Assembly: GCA_000146465.1 (NCBI GenBank)
Contig: CP001944.1
Direction: 5' to 3' (one strand)
DNA: 64,000 nt
The position numbers and the translations under genes are program-made. Position 1 is the stretch's first letter, and each line of letters begins with the position of its first letter. The notes under the pieces are model-generated. The model was not told the DNA's origin, did not search any database, and was given only the letters and a program-made list of their open reading frames with translations. Of the stretch, positions 62,743 through 64,000 are shown one piece after another.

Positions 62743-63177
62743 ATGGTAAATCAGATTCTCTTTAAGACATCATATGAGAAGTTACTTCAGCCAATCAGAA
62801 AGTTTTCTAAAAGTATAAAAGTAAAGCGGCTTGAGTCTTCAATGGGTGAAACTTCAAAGAAAGACTGCAACCACTCCACAAACTCCCAGTGCGAGGCTTG
62901 TTGCGAGAAAAATAAAGCCTGCGAGGCCAAGGATAAAACAAAAGGTAGCGTTAATGAGGCTAAAGATAAAACAAAAGAAACTGTTCAGGAGACTAAAGAC
63001 AAGACAAGGAATGCAGCAGAAAACGTCAAGGATAAGGTAGACAATAAGGACAAGAACGAGGTATACGATAATATTAAGGAAAAGGGAAGCGAAGCATGGG
63101 ATAAAACAAAAGAAGTCGCAAAGAATATGAAGGAGGGATTTAAAGATCTTGCCAACAACGATAAGCAGAAGAAATGA
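62743..63177 (+). CDS. Lys/Asp-rich tandem-repeat hydrophilin (LEA/CsbD-like KDKTK repeats) with Cys-rich N-terminal segment
   Basis: Repeats 'AKDKTKGSVNE / AKDKTKETVQE / TKDKTRNAAEN / VKDKVDN... / WDKTKEVAKN', preceded by 'CNHSTNSQCEACCEKNKAC'. An alternative start at 62842 (MGETSKK...) gives 111 aa. Confidence 0.5.
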   Translation: MVNQILFKTSYEKLLQPIRKFSKSIKVKRLESSMGETSKKDCNHSTNSQCEACCEKNKACEAKDKTKGSVNEAKDKTKETVQETKDKTRNAAENVKDKVDNKDKNEVYDNIKEKGSEAWDKTKEVAKNMKEGFKDLANNDKQKK

Positions 63178-63471
63178 ATTAAACATCTTAGCTTATTTTT
63201 ATTCTTAAACACTATTATCCTTTCTTTATCTTTCCGGAAAAAGCTTCGGCCTGCTTACTCTTAACTTTCTAAGACTTGGAAGAGAAGAGACTGGAATAAA
63301 AATGCATCAGCATACTACATTTCAGACTTCCCGAAGCGACCCAAGGTTGCGACTGCTTGAATGGAAGTTTATATTAAGATAGGGGCCTCTTTATGGCCAA
63401 TTTCATTATATAAAATACAACTGATTTTTGGCTTAAAACAACAATGACATAGGCAAGGGCTTTCATAGAGT

Positions 63472-64000
63472 ATGAGAAAAGAAGCAGAGAAAGACCAAAA
63501 TGGAGTGAATGGTCCTGAGTCCTCGAAACTCAACGAAAAGCTGATGTCGGGGGGACGTCTTTTCCGTGTGTGCCTGACTGGAGGCCCATGCGGGGGAAAA
63601 ACGACACTCCAGATCTCGGTAGCAGACATGTTTGAAAACATGGGATGGCATGTGTTTCGATCTCCAGAAGCAGCCACTATTCTCCTAGGAGGAGGAATTA
63701 ACCTGATAAAGAGAACTCCTCTCCAACAGAAGATATTCCAAACAGGTGTTCTAAAGGTAACACTTCAAATCGAAGACGCTTACAATAACTTGGCTAGAGA
63801 CATTGCAGAAAATGGAGGAGATGCAGTTGTGATTTATGATAGAGGAACAATGGATGGATCTGCATATGTAACTAAAAATGATTGGGAAGAAATCTGCCAA
63901 GAAGTAGGAATGTCGGAAGTTGGACTCCGGGATGCACGGTATGACTGTGTGATTCATCTTGTGAGTGCAGCAGACGGAGCTGAAAAGCACTACGGGAATG
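63472..64000 (+). CDS. P-loop NTPase/kinase-like protein, 3' end beyond window
   Basis: Frame is open to the window edge. Walker A 'RVCLTGGPCGGKTTL' and a Walker B-like 'AVVIYDRGTMDGSAYV'. Not in the ORF track because no stop is reached. Confidence 0.45.
   Translation, partial: MRKEAEKDQNGVNGPESSKLNEKLMSGGRLFRVCLTGGPCGGKTTLQISVADMFENMGWHVFRSPEAATILLGGGINLIKRTPLQQKIFQTGVLKVTLQIEDAYNNLARDIAENGGDAVVIYDRGTMDGSAYVTKNDWEEICQEVGMSEVGLRDARYDCVIHLVSAADGAEKHYGN

Noticed and set aside
62843-63212. Long minus-strand ORFs (62854-63186, 62985-63212) overlapping the KDKTK-repeat gene.
   Set aside because: Their Leu/Phe/Ser-rich translations are the antisense reading of the AAG/GAT/AAA-rich repeat and carry no start motif.

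Overview
This window is eukaryotic, not prokaryotic. It is a very gene-dense, apparently intron-free nuclear segment with about 65 protein genes in 64 kb. Many spacers are shorter than 50 bp and several neighbouring genes overlap by a few codons. The gene content is opisthokont/fungal-like housekeeping: ORC1 and ORC4, FEN1, TFIIA-L, Bdp1, Mot1, Rpd3, Rpt1, NSF/Sec18, Cdc20, NF-YA, two homeobox proteins, Sgf11 and a YEATS protein. There are two intron-less tRNA genes: tRNA-Phe(GAA) on the minus strand and tRNA-Val(UAC) on the plus strand. A recurring CCC-containing motif, with extended consensus CCCTGGAA directly abutting ATG, sits immediately 5' of most start codons. Combined with the extreme compaction, this points to a microsporidian or related early-diverging fungal lineage; that assignment is an inference from the sequence, not a database result. 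The supplied ORF track evidently accepts TTG and GTG as starts, so I re-set many starts to the first in-frame ATG carrying the CCC motif. I found no CRISPR array, transposon, rRNA gene or prokaryote-type defence system. The most notable observations are the start-proximal promoter motif, a tandem pair of AIG1/FAR-17a paralogues, a bacterial-type cytidylate kinase inside a eukaryotic gene array (candidate horizontal transfer), and co-location of two URM1 tRNA-thiolation genes (NCS6/CTU1 and UBA4). Also notable are an Rnd-like GTPase-deficient Rho, a divergent histone H3, an ORC4 with a degenerate Walker A motif, a KDKTK-repeat hydrophilin, and several lineage-specific membrane and large proteins with no recognisable domains.
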